The translations under genes were made by a program, and so were the position numbers. From positions 22,714,210 to 22,778,209 of the forward strand of contig NC_134030.1 of NCBI RefSeq assembly GCF_964204645.1: a stretch of 64,000 bases of DNA, written 5' to 3'. Shown here one piece after another: positions 25,567 to 37,632 of this stretch; positions within the stretch are counted from its first letter, which is position 1, and each line of letters starts with the position of its first letter. This DNA is from Tubulanus polymorphus. Lineage: Eukaryota; Animalia; Nemertea. The notes beneath the pieces were generated by a model. That model was given only the letters and a program-made list of their open reading frames with translations. It searched no databases and was not told where the DNA came from.

Positions 25567-26568
25567 ATGAGCTCAAACGAAAGTTCGATGTGTTTGATTG
25601 AAAAGTACGAATGGGTTTTTCCAATTACGCGGAGTTTAACGTTCGCAATACTGTATATATTTCCGGTATTGAGTTTGATCGGATTTGTTCTGATTGTTCT
25701 TGGCACGTACAGAAAAGCCCCGTCCAGCTCTGTACATTTCTTCATGCTCGTTTTGGGTTTGGTTGATTTGTACGCGATTGTAGCGAATAATGTCACAGCG
25801 TTGATGGACAATTACAACATCAGATTCAGTAGAGCTATGTGCATCGTGAAGGCTTTCAATCTAGATTGTCCCAAACAGATAGCTATCTGGATCCTGGTTC
25901 TGATGACGGTTGATCGCGCTGTTGCGGTCTCCAAACCTCTCAAAGCTGCCACTTTATGCACTGTCGCGAGGGCCAAGAAAGCTGTTCTAGGATTAAGCCT
26001 TTTTCTGATGATTTACCAAACAATTTGGGCCGCTTTTCACGAAGGCAGAACTGTATATAATTTGTATACAAGTTGTAAAATTATAGATGCCACGGGTTAC
26101 GCGGTTTTCCAACATTTGAATAATGTTTTAGCGTTGTATTTACCATTTCTGGCAATCGTTGTGGCGAATGGTGTCATAATCGTAAATGTTAGAAAGTCCG
26201 TTGAAGTTGATACAAGTGAAAAAGCTACTGATGCGAAGAAACAAGTGGCCGCGAAAAGAATTACTGTTCTCGTTGTTTCAACATCAGTTGCATTTTTATT
26301 CCTCTCATTTTTGAAAGCGTTGATCATCATTTTGTTAATGGAAAAGGGAAATATTACCCAAACCTTCGGGTTTTATTTCACTCACTGTGAATACGAGGCG
26401 TATGGTGCGTTTCTAATGTTTGGTGAATTGGTGGGTACAATGTTATTGAATGCAAATCACTGGGTCAATGGTTTTATCTTCATCTGTAGCGACAGTTTCC
26501 GTAATGAAGTAAAAATTAACACTTTTCCTATTTGTAGACGAATTTCTGACTCACTGTTTTCCGATTAA
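25567..26568 (+). CDS. Class A GPCR 4, orphan
   Basis: 333-aa ORF; 7TM; LGLVD, VDRAVAV, NHWVNGF. Confidence 0.92.
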   Translation: MSSNESSMCLIEKYEWVFPITRSLTFAILYIFPVLSLIGFVLIVLGTYRKAPSSSVHFFMLVLGLVDLYAIVANNVTALMDNYNIRFSRAMCIVKAFNLDCPKQIAIWILVLMTVDRAVAVSKPLKAATLCTVARAKKAVLGLSLFLMIYQTIWAAFHEGRTVYNLYTSCKIIDATGYAVFQHLNNVLALYLPFLAIVVANGVIIVNVRKSVEVDTSEKATDAKKQVAAKRITVLVVSTSVAFLFLSFLKALIIILLMEKGNITQTFGFYFTHCEYEAYGAFLMFGELVGTMLLNANHWVNGFIFICSDSFRNEVKINTFPICRRISDSLFSD

Positions 26569-27871
26569 GTCGGTAGGTGTAATTTACTATTTCAAACTTT
26601 AAGCACTAGTACATCATACCAGAAAATGTCGGCTGATCAACTGATTGATAAATTTACGATCAACATTAAGGAATCAAGTTCAATCATCTGAGAAGTTGGC
26701 ATATAACTGAAGTCATCTCGATTTTTGAGTCCTATAGCTAAGTTGTATTGCACATTAAATCGTTATTTAAGTCCTCTCTATTTTTAGGTCCCATTGTAAC
26801 TGCAGACTTAAGTGACTAGTATTGACTTATCAGTTAGTTCATTTTTGTCACTCGAATCCTATACCTAATTTAAACAACGCAAGAACAAAATATTACTTGT
26901 TTTCAATGTTTATTAAGATACATGTTTATATTGGGGATAATTCAAATCAACGTTTCATGCGCCGGGAGAATATATAGCCATAGATAGGCTCCATTCGGTA
27001 GTTCTAGTTAGAAGTTCACCGTCTTAGCACTTCTTATAAGACTTTGTCAAATGAAAATAAGTAATAATATCAATTTTATTCCGGGGGGGGATAGGTGTTG
27101 GAATTGATAAGGAGAGTTTAATCCATTAGCTCTGCGCCGTTCTGCTTCCAAGTTGAATGTTGGATGCTGAAGGGCTTTCACAGTGACGTCATTATCAAGA
27201 ATTCACATATAGAACATAATTGGTTGCCACGTGCTAGTGAATTGTGGGGCCATTGCCATCAAAGTTGAACATGTTTATTACACAGTGCACCAAGGTACCA
27301 TCTTTATCAGCTGTTTATACGTTATTTCGCAAACCCGAAAACAAGTCGATTTTTGTGATCAAAAGAAAAATGTACTCGGTTGATCCTACTGGACCATGGT
27401 CCTTTATTATTCCATGTATTGTGAGTTTCTCAGCTTGAGTTTTACTGCAAACTTAAGAATCCTGTCAACTACAAAATGGTTCCTCTTAACTTCATTTAAA
27501 AACTAAGATTGATTCCTTGTTAATTAGAAAAATGGATCACAGTTTAAGGGATCATTAGAATTCTTATGAAACGGTTTCGTGTTTAGTTATAAATGGCATT
27601 TATGCGCATGCGGCTCATTTCATATTCACAGAAATTTGATTGGCGAATCAATGATTTAAATAACGCGGCACCGCTGTAATTTCACTTCATTCAAATTTTG
27701 AACCTGTATGGCAGTTTAAGGACTTTATTTCTAGTAGCACTTTATAATAAAAGGTAAATTCGTTGCTAGAGTAGATTATTATGATTTGTAAAATACATGT
27801 ATGTACGTAAATAATTACTTTCTGTAGTCTGTAGGATATATATGCCGTTTTATTCTAGGAAAAGAGAAAAG

Positions 27872-28858
27872 ATGATTTATACAAATATTTCATATGAAGA
27901 TATGTGTTGGACTAAGATCTATGGATATTGGGTGGTTCCGATAACTTTCAACCTGAACAGGACGTCAGCATACGCGTTTCCTGTATTGAGTTTGATTGGT
28001 TTGATAATCATCGTTTTGGGAACTTACAAGAAGTCGTCGACGAGTTGCGGCCATTTTTACATGATGTATTTAGGAATGGCTGATTTTTACGCGATATTGG
28101 GTATCGAGGTTCCTTATCTGATGGATATATTCTACGTGAAATACAACAGACCCATGTGCATCGCCAAGACATTCCACGCGAATTGCCCGAAACAGATTTC
28201 GATCTGGATCCTGGTTCTGATGACGGTTGATCGCGCTGTAGCTGTTTCTAAACCTCTCCAAGCTGCCACTCTGTGCACTGTCGCTAGGGCTAAGAAAGCT
28301 GTAGCGATTGTAAGCGCTGTTTTGGTCATCATTAATATTATTGGAGCAGCTTTTCACGAGGATAAAGATCTAAGTGGTCAATGGACAACTTGTATGATAG
28401 TAAACCTAACCGGTTCAGCGATTTATTCAAATCTAAACAACACTTTAGCACTGTTTTTACCATTTCTTGTCATTGCTGTAGCGAATGGTGTTATAATAGT
28501 TGGCGTGAGAAGATCTGCTAACATGGACGCAACTCAACAAGCCACCGATGATAGAAAACAAGCCACAGCTAAGAGAATCACAGTTTTAGTTATTTCAACA
28601 TCACTGGCATTTTTAGTTCTTTCATTTCTGGCGGCTCTAACAGAAATTTTGGAATATGAGCACGGTTCAAAGACATATGTTTATTACTTCACACATTGTG
28701 AACACTTGGCTTATGGATCGTTCATGATTATCGGTAATTCAATTGGTACCGTTCTATATCAGGCAAATCACATGGTTAACGCGTATATATTCTTGTGCAG
28801 TCGCAGTTTTAGAAATGACGTCAAGATTGGAGCTGCTTCATTCTATAATAGATCGTGA
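27872..28858 (+). CDS. Class A GPCR 5, orphan; closest paralog of GPCR 1 (inverted)
   Basis: ATG at 27872 follows the acceptor TTCTAG at 27858. Aligns almost residue for residue with GPCR 1. Confidence 0.92.
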   Translation: MIYTNISYEDMCWTKIYGYWVVPITFNLNRTSAYAFPVLSLIGLIIIVLGTYKKSSTSCGHFYMMYLGMADFYAILGIEVPYLMDIFYVKYNRPMCIAKTFHANCPKQISIWILVLMTVDRAVAVSKPLQAATLCTVARAKKAVAIVSAVLVIINIIGAAFHEDKDLSGQWTTCMIVNLTGSAIYSNLNNTLALFLPFLVIAVANGVIIVGVRRSANMDATQQATDDRKQATAKRITVLVISTSLAFLVLSFLAALTEILEYEHGSKTYVYYFTHCEHLAYGSFMIIGNSIGTVLYQANHMVNAYIFLCSRSFRNDVKIGAASFYNRS

Positions 28859-29337
28859 TTTAGATGTTTTTTCTCAACTCAGTCCTTGCGAAAAATAATG
28901 TTTATAACCAATAGAATTTAGAAGAATTAGAGCAAACGGAATTGATGTTTGGTTTTATTCTTTTTTAGTCAATGATACTTCACCAGTCAGTGTCACTTTC
29001 GATTAAATTTTGGGTATGCGTAAACTTCAAGCCTGTTTGTGTTGTGTCTTTCAAGGATATTTCAGAAGGTACAGATTTTGGGATATGATTTGATATGGAT
29101 TGAGCAAAATATAGCTTGACGTAGGTATTTAGATTGGAATAAATAGAATTTCAACACCATAAATTACTTAGAAAATCGATCAACACTTATGTATCATGAA
29201 ACTGACTTCCTTTTCTTATGTCCGTAAAGCGTGAGTTGTTGTCCGCAAAGGAAAAGGCAAATACACAAAAATATATTTCACGTGAAATATTTTAATTCAC
29301 TTCACTTTCACAAATACATGCCATTAAAATAAATATC

Positions 29338-29853
29338 TTAACCTCCTTGGCAAGAACCTGGGTTTTCGCATTCAGGTGTAATTGTGGAATCACCTGAAAA
29401 TAAGTTGATACGAATGATAACACACATAACGGTTTCTAAGAAGCTGAAGAATAAATATAACAAAAAGCTAAATAGTTTTCAGTTCAATGTATATACCTCC
29501 TGGAGGGCCATTGCCATTGCCGTTGCCTCCTCCGTTACCTCCTCCGTTGCCTCCTCCGTTACCTCCACCGTTACCTCCACCGTTGCCTCCTCCGTTGCCT
29601 CCTCCGTTACCTCCACCGTTGCCTCCTCCATTTCCATTTCCATTTCCACGAGTAACTCTAAACGCTATCACATTAAAGAAGATTTGTTATAACGATTCCT
29701 CTATTACAGAAATCACAAACAACATTTGAATTTGCATTGACAGATATCGATTAGTCTCATTAGGGTCAATATAAACTCACAATCCCCAAAAGCGAGCGTC
29801 ACAGAAATCATCACCATCATCAGAGCAAAAACCAGAAACTGTTTGGAAAACAT
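29338..29853 (-). CDS. Secreted Gly/Asn-rich peptide precursor B (~98 aa)
   Basis: Exons 29853-29781, 29664-29497 and 29393-29338 give MFSKQFLVFALMMVMISVTLAFGD-SFRVTR-GNGNGN(GGGN)n GNGNGPPG-GDSTITPECENPGSCQGG*. The signal exon, non-coding exon (donor ~30647) and TATA (~30725) are nearly identical to precursor A. Confidence 0.78.
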
Positions 29854-31139
29854 CTGAAAATCAGAGGGAACATAAATCATCGTTAATGTTTAAAAGATAC
29901 ATGTTTTGTAGGATAATTTGATTTCAGTTTTAAAGTTTACTTCGTATACAGACACCATATAAGTTACATTTGCATGACAACTATCACCAAAATCTATGAC
30001 CAACTAACCCTATCACCCTAGCCCCTCGTTCTGCAGTAAACCACTGATATCATCTATACTCGGTTTAAAAAGTAAGAAATATAAATACGAAAAACGACAA
30101 ACTCTTTCGATGAAAATTAAACATCAAAAACGTTGAATTAAGATATCCACTTTTCCTATAAGCTTTTCCCTCATGTTTGAAACATTAAACCAAACAACGA
30201 TAAAACTTGTAGACAATTCAAATGTGGATTTCACTTGGCAGCTATGATAATCCGAGAATGCATGAATCGACCAGTCATAAAATAAACACATTTCTAAACC
30301 CTTATTTTTCTTGGAAAAATAAAAACTACTCAACATTGATTCATTTTGTAAGATCAAAGATTTCGAAGAAGACGAGAGAGGAGAGACTGAAACATTCAGA
30401 GTCAAGAGAAAGTGAGGGGGAGAGAGAGGGAGGGAAGAGAGAAAGAGGGAGGTGATGGAGAGAGGAGAGAGAGAGTTGATTGTGATGGAGAGGTGAGAGA
30501 GGTGATGGTGAGGAGAGAGAGTTGATGGTGATGGAGAGAGGTGAGAGAGGTGATGAAGAGGAGAGAGAGGGGGGAGAGAGAAAGTAGAGCGATATAAACA
30601 GATTGATATTCACTATAGAGACGACACTATGATTCAGACACACTTACCTTGATAGAAGAGTTTCTTGTCGTTTGTGTTGAAATGTTTCAGTTCAATTCGG
30701 TTTCACTAGGATTTCACTGGTGTTTATATACACTTTACACACGTCTGACTTATCAACGAATAGAAATAATAGCCCTATAAATTTCTACCGGACAAACAAT
30801 TGTTACTGAAATTTCGCCAATTAAACACGTCATTAGTAGCAACCCGTGAATTTATTTGTTGCATAATTTTTAACATTATTGGCAGGATTTGTCAGTACTT
30901 AAGATGTTGCTGTGTGGGATTCACTTTCTGATTCTAATAAGTTATAAATCACACGGTTCAGTTATGAGGTCTACGTGTGTTATCACAGTGTTACGTGCGT
31001 CAGCTGTGACGTGTGCTGGTTATTGCCGCATCACGCCTCTCCTAGTCGGGTGGTCGGTCGCTGCCACAATGTGTTACAGCACTATATTTCAGCCAAGAAA
31101 TAACTTAGCATTTGAAGTTCCAGTTGCGCAGAAGTTGAA

Positions 31140-31311
31140 AAGTTAACCATCAGATCAATGCCCTGGTAAAAATGCCATTTTGTGTTTGTGATCAAGTAAA
31201 GTGGGGTAGGCCTATATCTGTGGTTGCAGTTGCTCTAAAGTTAACGTATTGATAGTTGACAAAGTGCAGATTAAAAACCACATTTAATGGTATCTATCTG
31301 ATGGTTAACTT
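31140..31311. mobile_element. Probable MITE core with a 16-bp inverted repeat
   Basis: AAGTTAACCATCAGAT ... ATCTGATGGTTAACTT. Confidence 0.5.
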
Positions 31312-32211
31312 GAGTCAACCTTGGTCCTGATTTTACTGAATTTATTAGCGGACACAAATTTCCACTATAAACTGAACTATCCCATCGTCTGAAAGCGATG
31401 CTATGTTTGTGTGGTGCTTAGAATATGTTTGTGGGCCCAGTTTTAAAGATTGGATACACATCATATGTTACAATAAGAAACTAGCTCTTGAGAATGAATA
31501 GTGTTCAAAGCTTCAGTCTTTTGAACGAACAGATGCAATATTGTTCAGCACCAGCCACAAATCAAGAACGTAATTGTAGAATTATTGATTTTATTCTATC
31601 TAGAATTCTATTTCATAGTTTACACAACAGCGATTGTTTCATTTCACATTTCCAACCGCGTGATAAAATCAGATCACGATATTTGAGAATAATGGACCAT
31701 TCAAAACAGGAATTGCACCACCCATATTTCGTAAAACCACACCCAAAAACTCGACATTCTTTGTAGAATAGCGTGCACACTGAGACGCGTGGAGAATAGG
31801 CGATAAGATTAAAAATCAATGGTTAGAATTTTAGAAGATTAAAAAGAAAATTTATTTATCAAAAATCAAAATAAAAGATACAACTTTTTGGACTCTTTTA
31901 GATTTTTGTTAGACTATTGGAATCTGTCCATCATCAGGTGTTAGGAAATAATCAAAACGAAATTCATGTATGAAATCAATGGGGGTGTGTATATTCACAG
32001 GGATGAAGTTAGTCGAGGAAATCTTTATGTATTTCATCATGGACTCTAAACCGAATTTAGAACCCGTGTTTTAATCAATACTGGCGATAGAGAGGAAGTC
32101 TTGTATCGCGATATATCTCATAACTTCTGATCTTATACATGAATTTAGTTTTAAGTCTTTTAGATTTCTATAAAAAGTGGTGTTGATTTTATCCGATTCA
32201 ATCATTCGCCA

Positions 32212-34532
32212 TTAATCGTAAAATATCGTATAAAACTCGCTGTATTCCGGAGTTATTTGTAACGGCGAAACTTTGTTCATCTCGCAGATTTTCGACCCGT
32301 CTGGGAATGCTCCGTAATTGACGCTGAAACAAGCCATTATAGTGAGACAAACGGCCAGACACTGAACTCTACTCTTCACCATCACGTTATCCAAGTGAAA
32401 ACCGCGTAATACTCGATTCCTCATTGAGTGGTATCTCGATTCACATCCGCTTGATACTGTACAAATAGAGAGAATCATCGAAATACATTCAAATTAGAAA
32501 TAATTCGTTCCTCGTGAAATATTAGTTTCCAAATTTGTAAGCATTCTCTAAACGTTGACTTCGAGGAACCAGGGGGCTATGCCTGGGACCTGAGTCGGGC
32601 CACGCTAAGCAGAAGTCATCCAACGGGCCTTGTAATCACTGGGAATTATAACCTGGATATCGTTAGTGAACTAAGTCACCAGACCTGACTGGTCAACAGT
32701 CACCACACATGACTGGTCACCCACCAGTCACAACACTGACCAGACAAACCTCCCAACTGTTTCGATCACTACTGGTCTATGGTCTAGTGGTTAGTGTGCT
32801 CGACGGGCATGTTGGAGGTCTCAGGTTCGAGTCCTGCTAGGGTTAGGGTTACGTGTGACCTAGGGTTAAGGTAACTGTGGAGCTAGGTTTAGGGTTACGG
32901 TTCACTGTACGACCGGATGGCCATGGGATTGGAAGCATCATTTTTATTTGAAAGATATGCAGTAAATTCAAATTTTGTTGAAATTTTTTACCTTGCCTAA
33001 TAACCAGTGCTTGGACCGACATCAGTGTGTTACCTTGGTAACCATTGTTGGTATCTAGGCGGGTTTGATTCGCCTGTAGATTCATGTCGTATATTGGAAA
33101 GTACACGTAATTGACGTTAGGGGGCACCACGGTACGGGTCACCTCGGCCGGAGTCATTGAGTCTTCTGTATGTAAACCCAACACGTCTCCCGTCAACGCC
33201 TACGAATATATACATCAGTTTTCTAGTTTGAATCAAAAACTTTTCCATCGCAATGAACTGTAATTTCGTAAAATATTGTTTTTGCCCGATTTGTTTTTAG
33301 GTGTCGGTGAAGTTTGTAAGTCGTCACATTTCTGATAGTTATCTTTACTTTCCAGATCAGTTTTACTAAGTGTAAGCCTGGGGCCGGTTGCATAGTCATA
33401 TGGCTTAGACTTTGGACCAGTCTAAGACCAACTAAATTCTGTAGCCGATCTTTCAACTTAAGACCAGTCTAAGCTCATTTTAGTCATATGGCCAATCCAG
33501 ACCAGTCTTAATTTCGTAAAATAATTTGTTGGTCTGTTTTGTTTCTAGGTATCGGTGAAGTCATATCTGAGAGTCATCTCTACTAAGGGTAAGCCTTGAA
33601 TCCATGGGGTAAGTCATCATTTGGATGACGTCAGCAAACGATCGTCTCAACTACAGTCAACTAATCATGTGTCTACGGTTTATTTCTAGATTACCTGGAA
33701 AGATGGTTCCAGAAGTCGAATTTGGAATCCGGCAAATTCGTTATGTAACATTTGTTTGTAAACGAGCCGATAGGTGGTGTTATGAGGGTCCGTGGGGTTC
33801 TCAGGTCGCCAGATATCCAGGCTGAAAGTAGCCGCGCTAACTCGAGTGAAATAACGCCAACCTACAGCCTCGCAGTCGTACGGGAACCGATACGTGTCGT
33901 CTGTCCAGATGTGTAGCTGGCTGTCCATACCGGTCACAGGGTCACCCACAATCGGCATCATCCCCACACTGGCTTTACAGAATGCACCATCAGCTGAAAT
34001 AGTAGTCAACAATAGCGAATTGCATCAAAGAACTAGACTTGGTTTCAAAATCTTTGGTTAAAATTTGACCCTGGATCCAGTCAGGTATCATTCTGGGACC
34101 GGTTCCACTCAAGAGTCAAATATTAACTCAGAATTGTGGAACGTTAGGTCCAGGAGTCCTAATGAACTCTAATCGTAACACTCAACAGTCAGAACTTGAG
34201 GAACAGGTGCAAGTTCTGTAGTTAAGACTTGACAGTGAACCTTGAAAACATTGCAAACGAACTACTTTTTACTTTTTAAACTGAATAAATAACTGTGGAA
34301 CTGTAATTTAGTTAACACATGCAACCGTTATTGGCATCTACACTTCCTGTTTCACTCGTTTTATCGACGAGCCCAACAACATTGTCCTTCCAATTTGCAT
34401 ATGCAAATCTTAAGTCAGACTCATTTGTTTATTTACTATTTTAGAGCGTCACTTACCGGCGGGTAAACAAACTAAAATCCGAGCGAAGAGAATCGACTGG
34501 AAAATGTTCCAAAATTCGTCACAGAAAAACAT
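32212..34532 (-). CDS. Probably secreted protein (~275 aa) with a C-terminal PAN/Apple domain
   Basis: Exons 34532-34457, 33993-33695, 33199-32992 and 32456-32212 join in frame through GT/AG. The last exon reads SRVQCLAVCLTIMACFSVNY...CEMN, the PAN pattern C-x3-C-x5-C-x-S-x-N-Y...C. Confidence 0.8.
32774..32850 (+). mobile_element. tRNA-derived SINE-like head in an intron
   Basis: A box TGGTCTAGTGG (32780-32790) and B box GGTTCGAGTCC (32824-32834) at tRNA-like spacing; no intact acceptor stem; followed by TAGGGTTAGGGTTA. Confidence 0.5.
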
Positions 34533-35740
34533 CGTTTCTTACTGAATTATTTCATGAATTTCCTCGCGAGAAATCACCAAAATTGAACCTTGACCATGAG
34601 GTTAAAACCTCTCCTAATCGTATCAGTATAAATCGGTCCAAAAATGTCAAGCCCGTTTTCTAATAAACGCCGTCTTATGTCAGACCACGTCAAACCTGTT
34701 TATATCCTTGTTTCCAATATGAGGAAAGTTAAAGATAAAACCTTAAAACTAAATTGATTGCCGAGAAATTGCGTTCCAGCAACTTGACAACAAACCACTC
34801 ATTCGAAATCTGTTCAGATATCTCACCGTTTTCAGATTTTGATGTATGATATGTTTTTAATGTTCGTCGGAATTTAGGGTTATTTTCATGTTAATGTCTA
34901 TAACGTTTTATTTAATGGTTTCGAAATGGATCGGTTTTAATTTCCTAGCGCACGTGAGATGAGCCGTAGGAATTAACCATTTCACATGAAAAAAACCGCC
35001 ATCTTGGATTTTGATCGATGTGAGACTTAAGCGAAATAGTTCTGAAACATAGAATTGAGATTTGTAATATCCGATGAATCGTTGTATCCGAGTTCATTAT
35101 ATCGAGATTCAACTGTAGTCATCTTCAAGAATACTGATTTTGTCCTTATTAAAACCGATCATATTGAATACGATATCTATGAAATCTACAGAACAAAACC
35201 TGAATTTACGATAAGAAATTCGTATAAAAATAACGGAATCAGTTTTTTTCAATATGCCATACGTTTATTTCAGTCATGTTGATAGTTTGTATTTGTATAA
35301 CAGGTTCCTAATACCGCTGTTTATATACATTAAGGATATATATGTATTATTATAAAGGATATATGTATTATTATAAAGGATATATGTATTATTGTTCAAA
35401 TTGTACAAAACAAACGAAATATTTTATTCATACTAGAAGTACAGAATAATTTATTCTTTCAATGTCCTAAAATCTATTTACTGGTTTAATTTTGCACAAT
35501 CAATGAAGCGTGGAATCAACGGTTTATTCACATTCATTTTCATTCACGGTGTTAGAAACTGAACATTTTGCAAGAAAATCACAAAAATTGGTTTTGTAAC
35601 TGGTGTCGATTAGTTTATGAGACCTGGATTTTATTCTGTGACCGTTTATATTTATCTAAACTGAAGTGAGGAATCGAGGCCTCAATGTATTGTCACTATA
35701 GCTATACTGCGTAGACGTACATTGAAGATAGATGTATTTG

Positions 35741-35958
35741 TAGGGCCAAAAAAATTGATACGTTGTTTCTCCGCCCTCTGCTGAGCTTAAAAATTTGACC
35801 TGGTCGCATATCGAACATTTACATTACTATTTTAAAAATCTGGATCATATAAAGGATCCGGCAGCTAGAAATGAACTGAATACGAATTTTATTATATATA
35901 TTTTACAAAAATTACCCGGACGCTGCGGAGAAACAAGGTATCATTTTGTTTAACCTCA
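35741..35958. mobile_element. MITE with ~33-bp imperfect TIRs
   Basis: AGGGCCAAAAAAATTGATACGTTGTTTCTCCGC ... GCGGAGAAACAAGGTATCATTTTGTTTAACCT. Confidence 0.65.
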
Positions 35959-36199
35959 CTAGTCGTTGTTTTATCGTGATTCAAGGTACACATGGACGCC
36001 AGTGATCGCAATCTTGAAATGGTCGTTGTTTGTCTATTCTCTGTCCTTGTCCCTATTTTATCCTATCCTATCCTGATAATCGCTTCCATCGAGAGAACGC
36101 GGCGCCGTCGCGATGTAGAACGTGCTCGTTGCAGCCCATGTAAATAAACCGTTGACAAAATCGCTTTCGAAAAACAAATTGCCGAACGTTTTACGAACA

Positions 36200-36605
36200 T
36201 GGGCCATCGAGCGATATGGGGGGTCCACCACTAGGCACGGGGTGTTCAGTCCCCGTGATGAGCGTGGCCGCTTACGGACCCCCGATCACTGTCTGACCCG
36301 GTTTAAACACCACACATCCTCACGCGCGTTTTATTGACCACGGCCCGGGGGCCGGTGACTGATAGAAAGCCAGTCCGGTCCTCGGGCCCAGCCGCTGTTA
36401 GCCGTCGATCATTTTATACGATGGTTGGTTGCGAAGTAAGCGATGTGAGGACACCCCGGTCTAACTGCATTGACACACAGAGACGGCTGGTTAATAGTGT
36501 ACTGATCTAGTACTGTTAACACACGGTTTATATACAGTACCGTACTGCGTGAGTATCGATTTGTTTGTCCCGTGACTATAGGGACGACAACCGTCACTCG
36601 TGACA
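36200..36605 (-). mobile_element. Candidate solo LTR (406 bp)
   Basis: GC-rich island bounded by TG...CA with AACA on both flanks (36196-36199 and 36606-36609). On the minus strand it starts TGTCACG and contains TATAAAA followed by AATAAAA. Confidence 0.4.
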
Positions 36606-36984
36606 AACAGCTGTAAATTTCCGCTTCAGTATCACAGCAAACCTAGACATACACTGCAGTTTCAAACTGCGTAATTAATCCTTTTCCAAACGATCGAATT
36701 ATTCCGCCACTTTTTATTTTTGTAGATAGTTTACCTATGAAAAACTGCAGGTAACGAATTTGTAAAATTTGCGAAATTAACTTCCTTTGACTGACGTGGT
36801 GTGTTTAGAGTGAGTGGGTTTATCTTAATTACTGTATTTCACCACATCGCGTAACCTGCGCTGTTTAGACATGTACTCAGATATTTATAGAATATATGTT
36901 TATTAGATTGAAAGAAATGCCCTTGAAAAATTCTGTGTGGTGTTTGCGAACATTTTCATATTTCTAGGTATCAGGTCTTGAAAT

Positions 36985-37510
36985 AGTCTTAAGATGGGTT
37001 AGAACAAAAATTAGCTTAGACTGTTATTATGTTATTGTAGATTGGTGATAAAAACCAAAGTCTTATTTGCATTATAAACCATTTTAAATGAACATAGACT
37101 GGCCTTAAGTTGTTAGATTAGTTAAAGAAACAAAATAAGTTTAGACTGGTCTTAAGTTGTTAGATTAGTTATAGAACCAAAATGAGCTTAGACTGGTCTT
37201 AAGTTATAGTTAGATTGGTTATAGAAACAAAATGAGTTTAGACTGGTCTAAAGTTGTTAGATTGTTTATAAAACCAAAATTATGGCTATAGAACCAAAAT
37301 AAGTTTAGACTGGAATTAAGTTGTTAGATTAGTTATAGAACCAAAACAAGCTTAGACTGGTCTTAGGTTGATAGATTGGTTATAGAACCAAAATGAGCTT
37401 GGTCTTAAGTTGTTAGATTGGTTATAGCACTAAAACAAGCTTAGACTTGTCTTAAGTTGATAGATTAGCCGAGTTCTATGGATTTGGCTTTAGAACCAAA
37501 TGAATTTAGA
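36985..37510. repeat. Tandem ~47-bp units (TTAGACTGGTCTTAAGTTGTTAGATTGGTTATAGAACCAAAATGAGC) related to a dispersed MITE family
   Basis: About 10 degenerate units. The same motif occurs at 8310-8460, 33380-33510, 41861-41994 and 62898-63010. Confidence 0.8.
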
Positions 37511-37632
37511 CAGGCAGTGAAGCTAACCCTTTGTTATCAAACAAAATGAAGATAATAAATTCGAACTTCAAGTGTTAAACTGTGTAAATATCTTTATTCC
37601 ACCTGACCAAAACCGAACCCGGAACTATAAGT

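Noticed and set aside
29487-29729. Poly-proline (PPPL)n ORF resembling a formin FH1 region
   Set aside because: Antisense reading of the (GGGN)n exon of precursor B, which has proper splice sites and a signal peptide.
32774-32850. Functional tRNA gene or telomere
   Set aside because: A and B boxes are present but there is no complete cloverleaf, and only about two TTAGGG units follow.
36210-36410. 7SK, RNase MRP/P, telomerase RNA or ribozyme
   Set aside because: Only fragmentary resemblances (GGATGTG, AGTCCCCG). The required paired motifs, template or catalytic cores were not found by eye.
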